The notes under the pieces were generated by a model, which had not been told where the DNA came from, made no database searches, and saw only the letters and a program-made list of their open reading frames with translations. From IMG/VR virus record IMGVR_UViG_3300030330_003102: a stretch of 64,000 nt of DNA; one strand, given 5' to 3'. The translations under genes were made by a program, and so were the position numbers. Of the stretch, positions 38,039 to 48,179 are shown piece after piece; position 1 is the first letter of the stretch; each line of letters starts with the position of its first letter. Source of the stretch: an uncultured virus (IMG/VR IMGVR_UViG_3300030330_003102). Lineage: Duplodnaviria; Heunggongvirae; Uroviricota; Caudoviricetes.

Positions 38039-39271
38039 TCAACTTACCCACTCCGGTATTCCACTTGAACTTACTTTAAGAGTCTGACCATTAGTGCCTA
38101 TGGGCAACACGCCTATACTACCATTACCATTACCATAAAGTATAGAGCCCTTTGCTATTGTTTGTAAGCCCGTTCCCCCATGTGAAACAGGTATATTGGT
38201 TGAATCACCAATACTTTCATAGATTCCATCTGTTATTTGTCTAAAGTTCCAATCGCCCTGCACCGTTGGTCTTTTTACACTTCTAATACAGACGGCTTTA
38301 GTTCCACTTGACGGACCATAGAATCTACCACCATCTCTGATAACAATTTCATTACACTCAAGGAACTTACCTGCATTTACCAACCAGTAGTTAGAGGAAC
38401 TATCGTTATTTTCAATTACTACCTTATGATATTGTGTATAGAAGTTGTTAGTGTTGTCATTTCCAAAGGCGGCACTATTTAATTCACCAGTCACAGGGAA
38501 AATAACAGAACCAGTTCCGCTACTTCTATAAGTCTTGAATCTCGCAGTAGTATGCCCAAACTTGAAATTTTCCCCTATACCTGTGAGGTCCTTTTCAAAA
38601 TAAAATTGTTTATCATAATCATAAATGTCAAAAGCACTAGAGTTCACTTGACCACCACTAAAGTTTAACATGTCAACTGAGCCATAAGTATTAAACTCAG
38701 TTTGCGATGCATCTGAATAAACTTTCTTTGCGTACAATGTTCCTGTAAATACCATATTGGGATATATACCATCAGGCATAGTAAAATTATTTGAACCAAA
38801 ATTAAATGTAGTATTTGTTCTAGCATCGGCATCAAAAAATGGAGAAGAACTCATAGCGGTATCATACTTAATGTATGCCTTGTGTGTGTATTCGGTCCCA
38901 TCACCAAGATAAACCCTAATTGCTGGCACACCGTTAAAATCAAAAGTAAGGGTAGAACTTGATGATGCATCTAAACACGCCGCCTTACTAAGATTCATGT
39001 AACCATCTAAATTTACTGTACTAGCACCTGACCCGGAAGGAGTAATCAGTTTTGTAAATTCGTTAGTTATGTCAATATTTGAAAAATTACCGGAAGAAGG
39101 AAATGTAGTAGGAAAAGCACAGTTGTTCAGACCATCAGATATATTATTAAAAACTATACTATCTCCGTTTGCTGGTACAGTACCTGTAGTGCCTCCTATT
39201 GGCTCAAACCAGTTATCACCATCACTAGCGTCGGTACTTGTATCACCCTGCCAAAAATATGTTGTCGGCAT
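38039..39271 (-). CDS. Minor structural / fibre-like protein
   Basis: YFWQG..NW start; C-terminal PVSHGGTG..KGSILYG..LPIGTNGQTLKV fibre motif. Confidence 0.6.
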   Translation of the reverse strand: MPTTYFWQGDTSTDASDGDNWFEPIGGTTGTVPANGDSIVFNNISDGLNNCAFPTTFPSSGNFSNIDITNEFTKLITPSGSGASTVNLDGYMNLSKAACLDASSSSTLTFDFNGVPAIRVYLGDGTEYTHKAYIKYDTAMSSSPFFDADARTNTTFNFGSNNFTMPDGIYPNMVFTGTLYAKKVYSDASQTEFNTYGSVDMLNFSGGQVNSSAFDIYDYDKQFYFEKDLTGIGENFKFGHTTARFKTYRSSGTGSVIFPVTGELNSAAFGNDNTNNFYTQYHKVVIENNDSSSNYWLVNAGKFLECNEIVIRDGGRFYGPSSGTKAVCIRSVKRPTVQGDWNFRQITDGIYESIGDSTNIPVSHGGTGLQTIAKGSILYGNGNGSIGVLPIGTNGQTLKVSSSGIPEWVS

Positions 39272-39281
39272 CTATTTTCCC

Positions 39282-39764
39282 TCACTCACGAAGTGAGCCG
39301 GAAAGTTCTCCGCTTGTAGTTCCACTCACTTTAGCAGCAGTAGCCTTCTTGTAGAATGCTGTCGCTCCTTTTTCCTCTATTACTCCCAAAGCATCTTCGG
39401 CTTGCTTTTCAAAGGAAGCCAATTGCTTATTGAATCTAATATCTGAAACGCCTTGTTCCTTTTCGGGAACAACGGCTGGTATAGTATCTATCAAAACTCG
39501 TAGGCAATCTACACAAACAACTAACTTAACAGCAGTTTCTATTTCTGCTGTAGTGGGCGCATTAGTAGAATTAACACCGACATAATCAGCCTTTCGTGAC
39601 TTCTTAGCAATTTGGGTATTACGGAGATTTACATACTCGATAATAGTCCCGCTGTTTAGGCCGCGAGGGTGATTGAGAAGGGCTCGTATTTGGTTAACAG
39701 TAATGTTGGTCGAGAATAGTGTGTCGCCATCCTCGATTACCAAATCTCCCATTATGTAAGCCAA
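39282..39764 (-). CDS. Putative head-tail connector
   Basis: ITVNQIRALL helical pattern; downstream of capsid. Confidence 0.5.
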   Translation of the reverse strand: MAYIMGDLVIEDGDTLFSTNITVNQIRALLNHPRGLNSGTIIEYVNLRNTQIAKKSRKADYVGVNSTNAPTTAEIETAVKLVVCVDCLRVLIDTIPAVVPEKEQGVSDIRFNKQLASFEKQAEDALGVIEEKGATAFYKKATAAKVSGTTSGELSGSLRE

Positions 39765-39773
39765 TCAACCACC

Positions 39774-40208
39774 TCACGCACCGAATCGTTGTTCATAGTC
39801 CGATGGAACATCAACAACTATCATGTTAGTTGAAGGTTTCTCTGCTCGACCTACTACAACGACCCTGCGCGTAGCGAGAATCCTGTCTGTCATCTCGCTT
39901 GCGGGTAGCCAATATAGGGCCTTTCTTGGGGCATTTAGAAGGGATAGTGGATGGTCAGCAAACTTACTGCCAGCATTTCTATGAATCCTAAGCATGTAGC
40001 CAAAACCACCCTCATCAAAGGACTTCCAGTAGCGTAGTCTGTGTTCCATATCTGCGGCTTCACCGGACTCAGGGAGAGGGATTTTCTTCTCCTTAAGTGC
40101 AGCAGCCATAGCAGCCTTAGTTGGGCCCTTTGGCTTTGCTGCCGCCTTCGGCTTCGATTCTGCCTTTTTAGGGGCAGATTTCTTAGTCGTTTTCTTCTTG
40201 GTTGCCAT
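39774..40208 (-). CDS. Lys/Ala-rich basic protein
   Basis: Histone-H1-like low-complexity N-terminus; follows capsid. Confidence 0.65.
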   Translation of the reverse strand: MATKKKTTKKSAPKKAESKPKAAAKPKGPTKAAMAAALKEKKIPLPESGEAADMEHRLRYWKSFDEGGFGYMLRIHRNAGSKFADHPLSLLNAPRKALYWLPASEMTDRILATRRVVVVGRAEKPSTNMIVVDVPSDYEQRFGA

Positions 40209-40225
40209 TCAAGCACACCCCATAA

Positions 40226-41143
40226 TCAGGAGCGCACTCCAGTCAACTTGACTATCCTGTGGGTCTTGTCAGCGGAAGCACCGTCTTGGTGTTCGTGGAC
40301 AACGCTTCCCATGTAGGAAGTTAGTAGCCAATCGAAACCAACGCCCGGTAGTCGGGTCAACTCAGTCTCTTGGAAACCGGGTCCGTTGTAGGTGAAGAAC
40401 TCAGCAGTTTCAGCACCGGGAACCATTAGAAGCGAATCGTTGCCGATTGCGTTTCCTGAACCGTAGTCACGGGTGTAGTAGATTCGTAGGCTTGCGATGC
40501 GAGCCAAGTGGTCGCCTAGTGACTCAACAACATTTCCGTAAAGGGTTGTGTTAAGGATAGCAGACCTCTTGTCGGCTGGAAGGACTAGAGCCAAAGGCTC
40601 GTTTCCGCTAACCTTTGCGTTAGCGAAGATGTCGTCCATAGCGCCTAGAATGTCTCCCTCCTCATCAGCAGAACCGCTTCCGAATACTGCGGTAGCAGCG
40701 ACGGAGTTGTCTGCACCAGCGTAAAGTGTGGTCAGAATGTGGTTGTCAATGGTGTCAGCGCGAGCGCGAACAATTCCCAACTGCTGTCGGTCAATGTTCT
40801 CAAAGGACTCGCCTCGTAGCCTTACAGCGTCGAGGAAAGTAACGCGGCCCTGTCCCTTCTCCAACTTGGTGCTGTAGTTCTGAGTTCCAATGTTGGTTGG
40901 GTCGGTTAGCGCAACATCGTCCAATGGGTAAGCGAATGTACCGATTACTCCGGTGTACCATGTGAACTGTAGCCAAGGAACGGAGCGAACTCCTACGAGG
41001 TCAGTTGCGATAGCGATTGTGTTAGATTGTAGTTGAATGAAGTCACGGAGCGTCTGCTCAAGAACTGCGTCGCCGGGTGCGAACGGTCCAACTGCGGCTT
41101 CAACATTTAGTATTTCTTCTAGTGTCTGATTCATCTTTTTCAT
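40226..41143 (-). CDS. Major capsid protein (HK97-fold, inferred)
   Basis: About 302-305 aa after protease and decoration genes; biased codon usage typical of a highly expressed gene. Confidence 0.8.
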   Translation of the reverse strand: MKKMNQTLEEILNVEAAVGPFAPGDAVLEQTLRDFIQLQSNTIAIATDLVGVRSVPWLQFTWYTGVIGTFAYPLDDVALTDPTNIGTQNYSTKLEKGQGRVTFLDAVRLRGESFENIDRQQLGIVRARADTIDNHILTTLYAGADNSVAATAVFGSGSADEEGDILGAMDDIFANAKVSGNEPLALVLPADKRSAILNTTLYGNVVESLGDHLARIASLRIYYTRDYGSGNAIGNDSLLMVPGAETAEFFTYNGPGFQETELTRLPGVGFDWLLTSYMGSVVHEHQDGASADKTHRIVKLTGVRS

Positions 41144-41170
41144 CTCCCTATTATTCTATCCTCACAGGTC

Positions 41171-41581
41171 CTAGCACCAGACAGGAATCAAATCTCCCGC
41201 GCTGATTGCGCTTTCGTCTCCACAGTAGTAGCCGATAAAGACAGCGGAGTTGGATGAGTCGTCATCGCATGTTCCGTTGTCAGATGCTGTCTGTGATGTG
41301 TAAATTGATAGTCCGAACTTAGGTGCTGCAATTGCGTTAGCAACCTTGAGGTAACAAAGTCCGTCAAGGGGTAGTACAGCAACAGTTCCAGTACCAGCGG
41401 CTTCTAGTGCTTGGTCCTCACCTCTTGAGGACTCAGCGGCTGTGTAGCCGATTGGTGTATCTGTTACAGAAGCGGTCATGAGTAGTCCACTAGCGTCGTA
41501 CTTGACGAGTAGTCCCTCAGAAGCCATAGTCTCCTGTATATCGGGTGCGTATCTTGGGTCGTTTCCTGAGTATGTTACCAT
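41171..41581 (-). CDS. Capsid decoration/cement protein
   Basis: 136 aa between protease and capsid; IG..A / AISAGDLIPV pattern. Confidence 0.65.
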   Translation of the reverse strand: MVTYSGNDPRYAPDIQETMASEGLLVKYDASGLLMTASVTDTPIGYTAAESSRGEDQALEAAGTGTVAVLPLDGLCYLKVANAIAAPKFGLSIYTSQTASDNGTCDDDSSNSAVFIGYYCGDESAISAGDLIPVWC

Positions 41582-41582
41582 T

Positions 41583-42875
41583 TTAAATCATCTCCTTCAT
41601 ATCTTCGTAGCGAATCGCGCTCATGCTTTTGCGCTCATCTACTGCGAGTGTTGTATTCCACGCAGAGGCCCATGCATTCCAAGCCTTAGCGTAAATCTTC
41701 TCATCGTTACTGACGATACGACCATTTAGGTAGTTCTCTACCTTTGGGACATCCTCAGAAGCCTCGACTGTCTCTGCGACAGGCTTCTCGACGGACTCCA
41801 CAGGGGTCATCTCGACTGGGGTTGGCTCAGGGTGAGCCTCCTCCCAAGAAGCGATTAGAGTCTCAAGAGTCTCGGACTTTAGGTCCTCATGGCCGGACAT
41901 ACCCATCTCGGTAGCCTTCTCCACAAGAGTCATTCTGTCAGCCTCTACTCTGTCTGCCTCAACTGCTTCGTATTCTGCAATTCTGCTGGTAGCCAAAACA
42001 AGGTCAGCCTTAAGCGACTCCATTTCAGCCTCATAATCAATTTCTGTAGTATTTTCTGTTTCGGTCATAGCAATCACCGTTGGTTGAATCTCCTCAGATA
42101 CCGAATGACCTATAAACATTTCTTGGGTTGAGGCCGTTGGTAATTCTTCTTCTTCCTCAACAACTATTCTCTGTGCCCTATCCACAGTAGCCCTTTCATA
42201 CGCGGGTTTTACTACAAGAGCAAGGTGGTCAAAGGTAAAATCTTCACCAAAAACCAATCCATCTTCGGATGCTTCTACTGGTACGCCGGAGCCGCCGATA
42301 CTTACTCCATAGCCCTCTTGCATCCACAGACCATCATCAAAGGTACTGAATAATTCTTCTTCTGTCACATGTGCGACATAACGAACCTCATAACCTTCTT
42401 GTGTAGTAAAGAAGGTAGCACCAATAATACTACCAACAACAGACTCCTCAAGGTCGCCGTCTGTATTTCTTGTAAATCCTGAACCGCTTTCATCTGCGGC
42501 TGGATGGAATAGTGTTAGGTCTGAGCCCTCCATCTGTTGTGCAACAGACACAGCGCCCTCCGGTGTAAGTGACCACTTATTCTTATTCATGCCTTCATGG
42601 AAAGCCACACCGCTAATCTCAATCACAGTTTTTCCAGTTTCTGCGCTGACTATTGCCTTACTTTCGTCAATATCCAATTCAAGGGTCACGGCAACTTTAC
42701 GGCACTCGCCGTCAATCATTTCTTCGCCAACACCACAAGTTTCTTCTGCCTCTGCCTTTGATTTCTTACAATATCCGGCTTCTTTGCACTTAGATGCGGT
42801 TTCACAAGATTCGCAAACTTCATACGCTGCTTCTGTTGTTTCTTCCTCAGAAGTACAGTCACACTCACAACTCAT
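41583..42875 (-). CDS. Prohead protease with scaffold-like C-terminus
   Basis: FHP, GVSIG, DHLALV..PA; acidic coiled-coil C-terminal half; Cys-rich N-terminus. Confidence 0.8.
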   Translation of the reverse strand: MSCECDCTSEEETTEAAYEVCESCETASKCKEAGYCKKSKAEAEETCGVGEEMIDGECRKVAVTLELDIDESKAIVSAETGKTVIEISGVAFHEGMNKNKWSLTPEGAVSVAQQMEGSDLTLFHPAADESGSGFTRNTDGDLEESVVGSIIGATFFTTQEGYEVRYVAHVTEEELFSTFDDGLWMQEGYGVSIGGSGVPVEASEDGLVFGEDFTFDHLALVVKPAYERATVDRAQRIVVEEEEELPTASTQEMFIGHSVSEEIQPTVIAMTETENTTEIDYEAEMESLKADLVLATSRIAEYEAVEADRVEADRMTLVEKATEMGMSGHEDLKSETLETLIASWEEAHPEPTPVEMTPVESVEKPVAETVEASEDVPKVENYLNGRIVSNDEKIYAKAWNAWASAWNTTLAVDERKSMSAIRYEDMKEMI

Positions 42876-42882
42876 AGGTGGC

Positions 42883-43161
42883 CTAAATACGGAGTGATTT
42901 ATGAATCTTATTTAGAATATACATGTATTGTAGTAAGGTAACTAACCAATATGAAAGCAGCAACAAAATACCATTACCGTAAGAAAACCCATGTTCAAAC
43001 CCCATACCCCCCGTATTAATACATAGATAAGTATATGGGTCTGTCTCAATTGGTGCGTTTAAGCACAGGTTTTTTCCTTCAACTATTGCATCAACAGTTT
43101 TTTGAAAATCGTTTGCATTTAATGGCTTTTCTCGGTTTATTTCAAATACGGCGCTCCCCAC
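42883..43161 (-). CDS. Hypothetical membrane protein
   Basis: GTG start, C-terminal TM; fills the gap in the operon. Confidence 0.4.
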   Translation of the reverse strand: MGSAVFEINREKPLNANDFQKTVDAIVEGKNLCLNAPIETDPYTYLCINTGGMGFEHGFSYGNGILLLLSYWLVTLLQYMYILNKIHKSLRI

Positions 43162-43200
43162 ATGTGGAGAGTGGCGTTAGTGTTTAACCAATGTTTGTAT

Positions 43201-43908
43201 TTATTGTATCAAAACATCGAACCAATCAGTACCGATTATGTATTCATCATTGAATTTGAAAGTGGAGAAAATGTCGTATCGGCCTTCGGGAACAGCGAAT
43301 GTTATATTCACATAGTCCCAATCCTGATAATAAGTTTCATAGGTGTGTTCCTCTTGAATACCTGACCAATTCCCTGTATCATTATGGTAGAAGGTCCAAA
43401 TAAGAGTTAGATTGTGTGGTGCATCATCACAACTAAGGTCAGCATCCCAATGTATAGTTATATTGCCGGTATTATTGTCGTATTGATGAAAAGCATCCCA
43501 CATTTGAGGATAACAACCATCTTCAATAGTTTCATTATTGGTTTCGTTTGATGTTCCGTTATCAGGAGTAATTACTACCGTTGTATTATTTTGCGGTGTT
43601 GGTGGTGGGTCATCCGGTTCATCCGAACCATCGCGGCAGTTTTTGTAACCATCATTTACAGCACTCGCTTGTATGTGGGTTCCATCTCCACAGGTAAAAT
43701 CGTCGCCCCACTCCCAATCATCGTCGCCTATCCATTCGTCGTCGCCTTCACCGTAAGGTGTGAGGTCAATTACGCCCAGCATTTCAACTGCGGGCATAAG
43801 AAGTGCAAGGATAGAGCCTATGGTAATGATTAGTTGTCTAACCTCGGTAGCCCTCTCATTGATAGTTTCAATAATAGAATCTGCTTCGTCTTGCGTCAAT
43901 GGACTCAC
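43201..43908 (-). CDS. Membrane protein with LDL-receptor class A-like module and beta-sandwich domain
   Basis: FTCGDG..I....NDG..NC.DGSDE; TM near N-terminus; several N-x-S/T sequons. Confidence 0.75.
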   Translation of the reverse strand: MSPLTQDEADSIIETINERATEVRQLIITIGSILALLMPAVEMLGVIDLTPYGEGDDEWIGDDDWEWGDDFTCGDGTHIQASAVNDGYKNCRDGSDEPDDPPPTPQNNTTVVITPDNGTSNETNNETIEDGCYPQMWDAFHQYDNNTGNITIHWDADLSCDDAPHNLTLIWTFYHNDTGNWSGIQEEHTYETYYQDWDYVNITFAVPEGRYDIFSTFKFNDEYIIGTDWFDVLIQ

Positions 43909-44243
43909 CTCTTTCCACCATGATAGGCGATAGCGTGCCCTTCTTTAAGGAGTTGGGCGTTAACATTTATGCTTCCCACCGTAATTTCCCCCAAGCAACG
44001 ACCAAACTTACCTACGCCGTGTGATTTTAATGTTACCCTCTTACCATCAATTAATTGCTCTAATCTTTCCTTAGCAGCAAGCCCACGAATCTTCTCCTCT
44101 TTATCGCGTGTACGAGATTCAGGAGCATTTATTCCATGCATACGAACACGAACTTTGTAATGTACATTAAAACCCAAATCTACTCGGACATCAACGGTGT
44201 CACCATCTACAACCCGCAAAACCTCTGCGTAATACTCCCACAT
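43905..44243 (-). CDS. Staphylococcal nuclease (SNase)-like protein
   Basis: RVVDGDTV, RVRMHGINAPE, KFGR.LG, N..L..G.A. Confidence 0.92.
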   Translation of the reverse strand: MWEYYAEVLRVVDGDTVDVRVDLGFNVHYKVRVRMHGINAPESRTRDKEEKIRGLAAKERLEQLIDGKRVTLKSHGVGKFGRCLGEITVGSINVNAQLLKEGHAIAYHGGKR

Positions 44244-44329
44244 TATACTAACACTCCTATTTTCTTCAAGAGCCAACCGAGTATCGGTGATGTGTCAAGA
44301 CAAACCCCATAAGGGTCGTCATTCATCAT
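44243..44329 (-). CDS. 28-aa micro-ORF
   Basis: ATGA overlap upstream and TAATG overlap with SNase. Confidence 0.4.
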   Translation of the reverse strand: MMNDDPYGVCLDTSPILGWLLKKIGVLV

Positions 44330-44385
44330 TCTTCCTCACGGCACTTGGGGCAATCGCCAGTAGAGCAGTAATCACAGATGCTCAT
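44326..44385 (-). CDS. 19-aa four-Cys micro-ORF
   Basis: MSICDYCSTGDCPKCREEE; ATGA overlaps at both ends. Confidence 0.4.
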   Translation of the reverse strand: MSICDYCSTGDCPKCREEE

Positions 44386-44783
44386 TGTTTCCCCTTCGTG
44401 ACTTTGAATGCTTCCATGTCAAGGCTGTGTTGTTTCTGCATCTTTTCGATGTCTAAATCGTGCTTCAACTTCAACTCCTCAAGCATTCTTGTGTGTGCAT
44501 CTACTGCATCTGCTGATGCAACATCGCTCGCTAGTTGCTCAGGTAGAACATTAATTTTAGCCCCTTCCTTACCCTTGAATAAATCAAGAACACTTGTGAT
44601 AATTAGAAGTGCTGGACCACCAAGAAGCCCAATTACAGTTAGTTGGCTGTCTGAAATCTCCCTTTGTTCTACGATACTGTAGTATGACGCGGTTGCTGCA
44701 ATAACTACCCAAGCCAATACTACTCCCATACCGAAAGTAAGCATTAGAGTTTCATTTGGGTTACTCATTTTCATTCGGCTCAT
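44382..44783 (-). CDS. Two-TM membrane protein (holin-like layout)
   Basis: Two hydrophobic helices plus coiled-coil tail; TATA-like element upstream of MSRMK. Confidence 0.65.
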   Translation of the reverse strand: MSRMKMSNPNETLMLTFGMGVVLAWVVIAATASYYSIVEQREISDSQLTVIGLLGGPALLIITSVLDLFKGKEGAKINVLPEQLASDVASADAVDAHTRMLEELKLKHDLDIEKMQKQHSLDMEAFKVTKGKQ

Positions 44784-44902
44784 AGGCTTCTCACCATGAG
44801 TGTGATTTATTAATCTTTCAATAGTGGTTTTCCTGTGTAACAACAAAGAAAATACGATTAGTGACCCAAAAAGCACATAGAATAGTATGTCGTAAGTTAT
44901 GG

Positions 44903-46297
44903 TCATTCCGTGTCCTCCTCTTTACCGGGTTGTGAGTTTTCTCTTGGTAGTTCCCCGGTATTAGAAGGTTGTGTTCGCCTTTCGTCGCCTTCCTTTCCTA
45001 TTGTTGGTAGGTTTAGCAACTCAAGACTTTGGTTGAGTGTAAGAACGCCAGCGTTGTAGCCCATTGTGACGCGCTGCATTACATTGAGTGGTGTTTCGCT
45101 ATCCATAGCCTCAAAAGTAATCGTAGGCAAATCTTGCTTGCGGTACTCAATACCGAGAAGGTCAAGATGAGTCATAAACATCTTTGTTGCGGACTCTGAA
45201 AGAATACGATGCATTCTTGAAATTGCTTGCACGGCCCATAGGTTCGCGTTGTATGTTGCGGCAAAGGTTGAGCCACGCTCTTGACCTGCGGCTACTCTCG
45301 GCACTTGAAGAACGGCGGCAATATCGCTATTAATCGTGTCGAGGAAGTCTGTGTTGTTAGGCACGCTGTTTCCGACATCCACATGATGTAGTTCGACATA
45401 ATGAGGTAGTACAGGTATTTGGTCGCCCCTCAATCCCTCAAACAAAGAGATAACTTCGTCCATAATGTGTTGTAGGCGTTGGTTTTGCTCGGCTGGGTCT
45501 TGTATATGCTCGATAGCAGACTTGTCAATTGTGATAAACTGCTTAGTCATAGAGTCCTCAAGACTAATACGGTTATTCATGCTGTTGTATTTCATGCGTA
45601 TAGGTTGCTTGAGTGAAGTAAAGCGGGATGCACCCCACACACCGTAGGTCTTACGACCCTTATTATCGGTGAACCAATTACTTCGGTAGTCAATTCGTAT
45701 ATGCATTATTTCGCGGGCAGGTATAGCACGCTCGTAAGAGGTGGCCTCGCGTACCATGTAAGTGACTGGTTTGATAATGGGGTTATCTTCGTCGGCTACG
45801 AAGTATGACCCAAGACCGCCGCGCTCATCAACAATTGTAATTTGCTTTACTGGCAAGTTTTGGATGTTAGTTACGCCAACGCCTTCTTTACCTACAATTT
45901 TGTTGATGTCATTTCCATACACCATGAGGTTACGCATGGCGTTAATCATGATGTCATCAAAATCAATAGTTTCTTCAACGAGTTCACGGATAGCGTTTCT
46001 GATAGTAGCGTTCTTACCGCGTGAGTAATTAATCTCGTAGTTGTTGGCGGTAAGTGATACTGCGCGTACAGCACCGTTAAGTTCGGGGTCCAACTTCAAC
46101 ATGTTGTCGAATAGGTCAAACTCGTTATCGAAATTACTATCCTTTCGTAAGTTCTCTGTATTGCGCACAATGTCGGGGATGCCAGCAACCGCACTAAACG
46201 GCTCATTATTCATCATTCCAACTCTCTCAATTATAGGATTCTTAACTTCTTCCTTCGCTTTTGAACGAAATAAGTTCCATCGTCTGCGCTCTGCCAT
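44903..46297 (-). CDS. Portal protein
   Basis: About 464 aa; LMVYGN, EIMHIR, IAAVLQVP, GVLTLNQSLELLNLP. Confidence 0.88.
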   Translation of the reverse strand: MAERRRWNLFRSKAKEEVKNPIIERVGMMNNEPFSAVAGIPDIVRNTENLRKDSNFDNEFDLFDNMLKLDPELNGAVRAVSLTANNYEINYSRGKNATIRNAIRELVEETIDFDDIMINAMRNLMVYGNDINKIVGKEGVGVTNIQNLPVKQITIVDERGGLGSYFVADEDNPIIKPVTYMVREATSYERAIPAREIMHIRIDYRSNWFTDNKGRKTYGVWGASRFTSLKQPIRMKYNSMNNRISLEDSMTKQFITIDKSAIEHIQDPAEQNQRLQHIMDEVISLFEGLRGDQIPVLPHYVELHHVDVGNSVPNNTDFLDTINSDIAAVLQVPRVAAGQERGSTFAATYNANLWAVQAISRMHRILSESATKMFMTHLDLLGIEYRKQDLPTITFEAMDSETPLNVMQRVTMGYNAGVLTLNQSLELLNLPTIGKEGDERRTQPSNTGELPRENSQPGKEEDTE

Positions 46298-46630
46298 AGT
46301 ATTAGTCAATAATGGGTGGTTTATAAGCATTGAGGTATTAATTTTGTTATTTTGGCGTTTTTCTGAAGAAATTAAACGCTTTACTGCGCTAATATCTTCT
46401 AATTCTTCAATTTTTTCTATAATGTAGAGAAGTTTCCTACGGAAACTATAGTAGTTATAGTATAGTAGTGGTTAGTAAGGGGCCGCTATACCAAACATAC
46501 CATTGAAGAAATTGAAATAATTCAAAAGGACCTTTCAGTACAACGATTTATTTTTTCAGTAAAAGTCTAAAACAATGAAAACAATTATCTATACTCAATG
46601 CTTATAGGACTCTCATTTGTGGGAAGTTAT

Positions 46631-48064
46631 ATGGGGAACTACACAGGTGGTTACGAGTTAATCGAAAAATTTGCACAGGACAGACACTTTGGTTCTACAC
46701 TAGAATTTGCAGAGTTTTTGCATGGTATAGAACCTGCGCGTGGTGTTCATGCGTGGAGACAGGCAATTAACAGGTGGGTCAAGAAGGGCAATTCCTTCCG
46801 CAACTTCGACATTGATGATACAACTATCTCTACAACTAAAATCTACTATGATGATTCCAATGACAATTATATTGTCATGTTGGATATAGCAGACGGGCTT
46901 GTTATCATAGATGGCGACACTCACCGTGCTATGAAAGAGGCTTATTCTGATGTGGGCGGCGGACTTACCGTTGATGAGATGGCTCGTAAGTTTGAAATGC
47001 CAGCAGCCGTTATTAGTGAGTATATCAGGGTGAATAAGTGGAAGCATGGTATGCAACCATTCACCGATGAAGAAATAATGTCTCACACACTAGATGATAT
47101 GGTAGATAAGTTTCTTGATATACGCAAACTAGAGATTCTTAAGAAGGCAGAAAGGAAGAAGTGGCGACAAATTGAGAAGGATGCCGAACAATACTTGATG
47201 CTTCGTGAAGGTCTTGCCGATTCTTTCCTTGAGGCGCTAGGCGACCATAAACCAGCGCCAGTCAAAAACCGAAACATGAAAATGGATAAGGAGTACGCAG
47301 TTGTTCTTTCTCCTACCGACCTACACTTTGGTAAGTATGGTTGGATTGATGAGGTAGGTACATCTTACGACTTAGACGAGGCACGCACCCGCGTATTAGA
47401 CAAGACAGAGGAATTACTAGCGAGATTACCAAGTAAGCCCGACAAGTTCTATGTTGGTGTTGGCTCTGATTGGTTCCATGTTGATAATGATATTGGTACT
47501 ACTACTAAAGGTACTGCACAGGATATGGCCGGAACTTCTGCTCAAATAGTTATGGAGGGTTGTGACCTAGCACGACAACATATTGACTTACTTAGAAGTG
47601 TTAGTGATGTTGAACTTGTTTTCATGGGAGGCAACCACGATAGACATACCAGTCTTATGCTTATGCTATATCTTGAAGCATACTACAAAGATTGCGACGA
47701 TGTTAATGTGGTTGTAAGCCCATACGCTCGTCAATATGTGACCTACGGAAATAATCTCATCGGATTTACACATGGCGATGGGAAGATTATGAATAAATTA
47801 TCATCTTTGATGGCCCACGAAGCGAGGAGAGATTGGGGTCAAACCGCACATCACTTGTGGTTTCATGGACATCTACATCATCAGCAGATGCGGGAGATGG
47901 GTGGCTGTATAGTAGTACAGTTGCCAAGCCTTGCTGGTAAGGACAGGTATCATGCGCGTAATGGTTATGTTATGGCGCGTGCTGGTTTGTCTGCGTATAT
48001 GATAGATAAGGACATGGGATTAATTGGGAGCCTGTTTGCTCCGGTGATGCACGATGACGAGTAG
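46631..48064 (+). CDS. HTH-containing calcineurin-like metallophosphoesterase
   Basis: TDLHFG, GSDWFH, GNHD, THGD, GHLH; N-terminal HTH-like segment. Confidence 0.88.
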   Translation: MGNYTGGYELIEKFAQDRHFGSTLEFAEFLHGIEPARGVHAWRQAINRWVKKGNSFRNFDIDDTTISTTKIYYDDSNDNYIVMLDIADGLVIIDGDTHRAMKEAYSDVGGGLTVDEMARKFEMPAAVISEYIRVNKWKHGMQPFTDEEIMSHTLDDMVDKFLDIRKLEILKKAERKKWRQIEKDAEQYLMLREGLADSFLEALGDHKPAPVKNRNMKMDKEYAVVLSPTDLHFGKYGWIDEVGTSYDLDEARTRVLDKTEELLARLPSKPDKFYVGVGSDWFHVDNDIGTTTKGTAQDMAGTSAQIVMEGCDLARQHIDLLRSVSDVELVFMGGNHDRHTSLMLMLYLEAYYKDCDDVNVVVSPYARQYVTYGNNLIGFTHGDGKIMNKLSSLMAHEARRDWGQTAHHLWFHGHLHHQQMREMGGCIVVQLPSLAGKDRYHARNGYVMARAGLSAYMIDKDMGLIGSLFAPVMHDDE

Positions 48065-48179
48065 ATGGACAGCAGCCAAATGTAATTGGTGTGGATGGGA
48101 AGCCCCCCGCATGATGCTGTCTAAGGCCCAGTCTAGGGTTTGTCCTCATTGTAATAAGAAGGAGTTGCGACCAATATGA
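48054..48179 (+). CDS. 41-aa zinc-ribbon protein (not in ORF track)
   Basis: CNWC...CPHC; overlaps both neighbours; SD GGTGA. Confidence 0.65.
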   Translation: MTSRWTAAKCNWCGWEAPRMMLSKAQSRVCPHCNKKELRPI

